A DNA stretch of 64,000 bases from Pelagomonas calceolata (lineage: Eukaryota). The stretch covers positions 2,046,001-2,110,000 of the forward strand of contig CAKKNE010000006.1 in NCBI GenBank assembly GCA_918797485.1. Reading direction: 5' to 3'. Below, in pieces: positions 60,686-64,000 of the stretch (the stretch's first letter is position 1; every line of letters starts with the position of its first letter). A program made the position numbers and the translations under genes. The notes under the pieces are model-generated. The model searched no databases and had not been told where the DNA came from. It was given only the letters and a program-made list of their open reading frames with translations.

Positions 60686-63038
60686 ATGCTTCTGGGACGC
60701 GTCCTGATCGCTCGGTGTGTTGCCACCGCTTTCCGCCCAGCCCCGCGAGCCGTGCGGCTCTCGACACTGCCAGCAGCCATGATCGACCTCACCCAAGACT
60801 CACCACCACAAAAGAAGCGCCGCACGGAGGCCACGCCCAGCGGCGCCCTCGTCCACACGCTCGCAAGGACGCACAACGTCCAGGAGCACACGATCGGCGC
60901 AGTGCGACGTTTGTTGGTCGACGAGCAGCGCACGGTGCCCTTCGTGGCGCGCTACCGGGCCCAGGAGACGCAGCACCTGCCGCCGGACGCGCTGCGCGCG
61001 ATACTGGACGCGCTGCACGGCGCCGCGGCGCTCGAGGCGAAGCGCCAGAAGGTCCTCGAGGCGATGCGGGCCGCGAACGCGTCGCCCGAGGCGTTATCGG
61101 CGGCGCGGCGCGCCGGCACGCTGCGAGCTTTAGATGATGCCTACGCGCCCTTCAAGGGCTCGGCGAAGTGCTCCAAGGCGGCGAAGGCGCGCGAGGACTT
61201 CCCCGCGAGCGACCGGATCGTCGCATCACTATTAGCAAGGGGCGAGGAGCCGCGGCACCTCCACCCGAAGCAGAAGGAATGCGTACTACTCGTCTTAGCC
61301 GACGCCGTGGCCAAGGACCCGCGCGCGCGGGCCGCGACGCAGCGCCGTTTTGTAAGGGGCACGGTCGCGGCCAAGAAAGGCAAGGAGCCGAACGCCGAGT
61401 ACCGCTTCTACGAGGGCTGGTCGAGACCGTTGAGACGGGTCGCGGGCCACGCGTGGCTCGCGCTCGAAAGAGCCTCGAAGGCCAAGGCGTTATCACTGAG
61501 TATAGACCCCGGAGGTGATGATAGGGAGGCCGTGCGGGACCTGGCCCAATGTTTAAACCTGCGCCATTCGAAGTTCGCGGCACCAGCTCTCAAGGACGCC
61601 TGGACGCGCCTCTTGAAGCCGCGCGGCCGGCGCGAGGCGAAGCGCGACGGTTTACTAAGGGCCAAGGACGAGGCCATCGCGTGCTTCGCTTCGAATGTAA
61701 AGAAGCTCCTCGAGCAGGCGCCTCCGTTGATAGATGATGGAAGTGTATTAGCCGTGGACCCGGGGTTCCGGCACGGCCACAAGTGCTGCATCGTATCCGG
61801 TAGAGACGGGTCGCTGTTGACGCATTTCACGGTCGACGCGCCCGGGGCCGAGGATGATATGAAACAGGCGTCGAAGCGCCTCGATGGTATGATAGGCGAT
61901 CATACTATTACTTGTGTCGCGATTGGTGATGGGACAAATACAAGAGGCGCGCAGCGACTGGTGGCTTCTACTCCGAAACTATCAAAAGTTCCGAGAGCCG
62001 TCGTGAGGGAGTGCGGCGCGAGTGTCTACTCGGCGAGCGATAGTGCTGCCAAAGAGTTCGGCGAAAACGTGCCTCTGTCCGCGCGGGGCGCGGCGTCGCT
62101 CGCGCGGCGGTTATTGGACCCGCTCGGCGCTTTTCCGCGTGGGAATCAACCAGTACGTGTCGCGTCGATGGCGTTTACCCTCGACGCCATCGAGCAGACA
62201 GCACACCGTCGAGCAGCCACAAAGACAACGCCGCGTCGCAGGCGAGTACGTCAAGCTGGACCCGAAGACGCTCGGCGTCGGCTCCTACCAGCACGACTTA
62301 GATGCCAAGCAGCTCCGAAGAGCCTTGGACGGGGCCGTCGAGGACGCCGTGAGTGGCGTCGGCGTCGACGCGAACGGCGCGTCCTCGGCACTTTTAGAAA
62401 GAGTCGCTGGGCTGAATGCGACCTTAGCCAAGGCTCTCGTGGCTGATAGGCCGTTCTCTTCGCGCAACGACCTGAAACGAGTGAAAGGATTGGGCCCGAA
62501 GACGTTTGACAATGTGGCGGGTTTCCTGCGCGTGTCAAATTCGCGCGAGGTCCTCGACGCGACGCGTATCCACCCGGACGACTACGGCGAGGCCTGGCGC
62601 TTGTTGCGGAAGGCCGGCGTTTCATCAGATGATGTACAACGCGCTTCTGTCAAAGGCGGCGGTTTAGGTTCAGACACAATTGAAAAACTACGAAGGCTCC
62701 CGCCGTCGTCGCTCGTCGAATTACTGTGCGACCCTTGTTTAGCCGGCGACGCGCGGTATGTATTGGCGCCGCCGCCCATCCTGGAAAGAGGGGCACCGCT
62801 CACTTTGAAGGATTGTAACGTGGGAAGGGTCTTCGCGGGGACCGTGCGCAACGTGGCTCCTTTTGGCGCTTTCGTCGATATTGGGGTCGGCGTGGACGGG
62901 CTCTTGCACTCCTCGCAGTTCGGCCCTTCGGATAGGATTGAAATAGGGGCGCGCGTCGACGTGGCCGTGGTGGAGGTCGACGAGCCTAGAAGGCGTGTCG
63001 GCTTGCGGTTGGCGCGGAAGCGGGGGCGGGACCCGTGA
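60686..63038 (+). CDS. Tex/SRBD1-like protein (Tex_N, YqgF, HhH, S1), GC-AG intron 62127-62241
   Basis: TVPFVARYR, AVDPGFRHGHK, ECGASVYSAS, LDPLG|EYVKLDPKTLGVGSYQHD, LDATRIHPDDY, S1 domain GTVRNVAPFGAFVDIG. Confidence 0.93.
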
Positions 63039-63083
63039 TTTTGTGGCTACGTACGATGCTGCGAGGCCGTCCGCGTCGTCGGG

Positions 63084-63250
63084 AACCTCGCAATCTCTGG
63101 TTGAAGGCGCGGACCGGAGTATGCGCGGTCACGTCGTTCTGTGAGTCCGCCCGCGCGTCGTCGGGCGTGCTGTCGCGCCAGGAACCTCGCGAACTCTGGT
63201 TGAAGGCCCGGGCCGGGTTACCTCGTAAAACTCTGGTTGAAGGCGCGGGC
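63084..63250. repeat. Three imperfect copies of ACCTCGYRAWCTCTGGTTGAAGGCSCGG
   Basis: Copies start near 63085, 63184 and 63220. Confidence 0.75.
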
Positions 63251-63536
63251 CGGATACGGCGCGTCCAGCCAGCCCCGAGAGCTCTCCGGAGGTGTCTCTG
63301 AATGGGCCTGTGTAGTTTTGCGTCATAAGCTAGCGAATAGTGAAGGGAGCCCCGCGGGGCACCCGTCAGGTTGTTGGATCCCGTTCTTTCCGTCGTTGCT
63401 TTCGATCGGTGCTTGGAGAGGTGCTCGTAGACGTGGGACGCGTCGATAGTGACCCAGCGCGGCGACGCGTCTCGCAGGCCGGCAATTGCTCGACACTTTT
63501 TGCGTACATTGTAGCGGCCGAACCCACCCTCCACTA

Positions 63537-63998
63537 CTATGAAGGGCTCCGAGGGTTCATAAAACGTACACTGAGATCCTGGACGAGCGACGGCCGCGTA
63601 ACCGCTCGCAGAGATGAGGGCAAAGTCTCTCTTAGCCTTAACATATATCGTGGCCGCGGCGGCGCCGGGCGGCCGCGAAACGTGGCACGCATTTTTTCGG
63701 GCGGGTCGTAACTCCACAATTTGACGTATCGGAGCCGAAGCCGCGTCGCGAGCGCCTCCAGCCAGGCCTCGAGGCGCCCGGCGTCGCCCGTCGTCCGCCG
63801 CTCGGCGCTGTCGTCGCGCGACGCGTAGACCAGGAGATCACCTGGCTCCGACGCCGCATCCCTCCGGCGAAACCAGTCGTACGCGCCGCGCGGGTAGCAG
63901 TCGACCGACTCCTCACCAAGGAAGACCCACTCCCGCGTGGCGCCGTCGGCGGCCAGTCCGCAGCGCGTCGCGCGCCAGGGCCGGAGGTCGCCCTCGTG
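63537..63998 (-). CDS. 3' part of a gene running off the window, possibly glycosyltransferase-like
   Basis: Open frame HEGDLRPW...LLVYASRDDSAERR...LEAWL; the true 3' end and splicing are unresolved. Confidence 0.35.
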   Translation of the reverse strand, partial: HEGDLRPWRATRCGLAADGATREWVFLGEESVDCYPRGAYDWFRRRDAASEPGDLLVYASRDDSAERRTTGDAGRLEAWLEALATRLRLRYVKLWSYDPPEKMRATFRGRPAPPRPRYMLRLRETLPSSLRAVTRPSLVQDLSVRFMNPRSPS

Positions 63999-64000
63999 CG

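Noticed and set aside
63084..63250. Three ~28-bp repeats as a CRISPR array
   Set aside because: Spacers are very unequal (about 70 and about 8 bp), repeats are imperfect, there are no cas genes, and the context is eukaryotic.
62986..63717. 243-aa minus-strand ORF
   Set aside because: Non-ATG start, no recognisable domain, and runs through the repeats into the Tex-like gene; may include an exon of the partial gene, but this cannot be resolved.
1..64000. tRNA, rRNA, transposase or viral hallmark genes
   Set aside because: None recognised by eye; small ncRNAs could have been missed.

Overview
GC-rich, gene-dense eukaryotic nuclear DNA. It is inferred to be from a photosynthetic stramenopile, most likely a pelagophyte, based on bipartite AAAFAP-type plastid signals, nuclear PsbM and zeaxanthin epoxidase, mannitol dehydrogenase, and short GC-AG/TIR introns. 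About 40 genes are present. These include housekeeping genes (CCT8, NUP93, NCBP2, CWC25, SDHAF4, SUMO), signalling genes (CDPK, a cNMP-dependent kinase, heliorhodopsin), chromatin-related proteins and a giant secreted-type mosaic protein. The most notable signals are: (1) four dispersed, intronless copies of a MYND-RINGv-TPR gene with conserved ends and a variable middle; (2) a bipartite CTAGCG-N-TAAGRCACTAG motif in about 9-12 promoter regions; (3) a 14-mer, ACGCCRTCGACRCG, found in introns, UTRs and intergenic gaps; (4) introner-like introns, including a duplicated intron in globular-domain-less H1-like genes; (5) heliorhodopsin head-to-head with a cNMP-dependent kinase; (6) a 396-bp hAT-type MITE with a perfect 8-bp TSD. 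All calls were made by eye; no database searches were run, and splice sites are unverified by transcripts.
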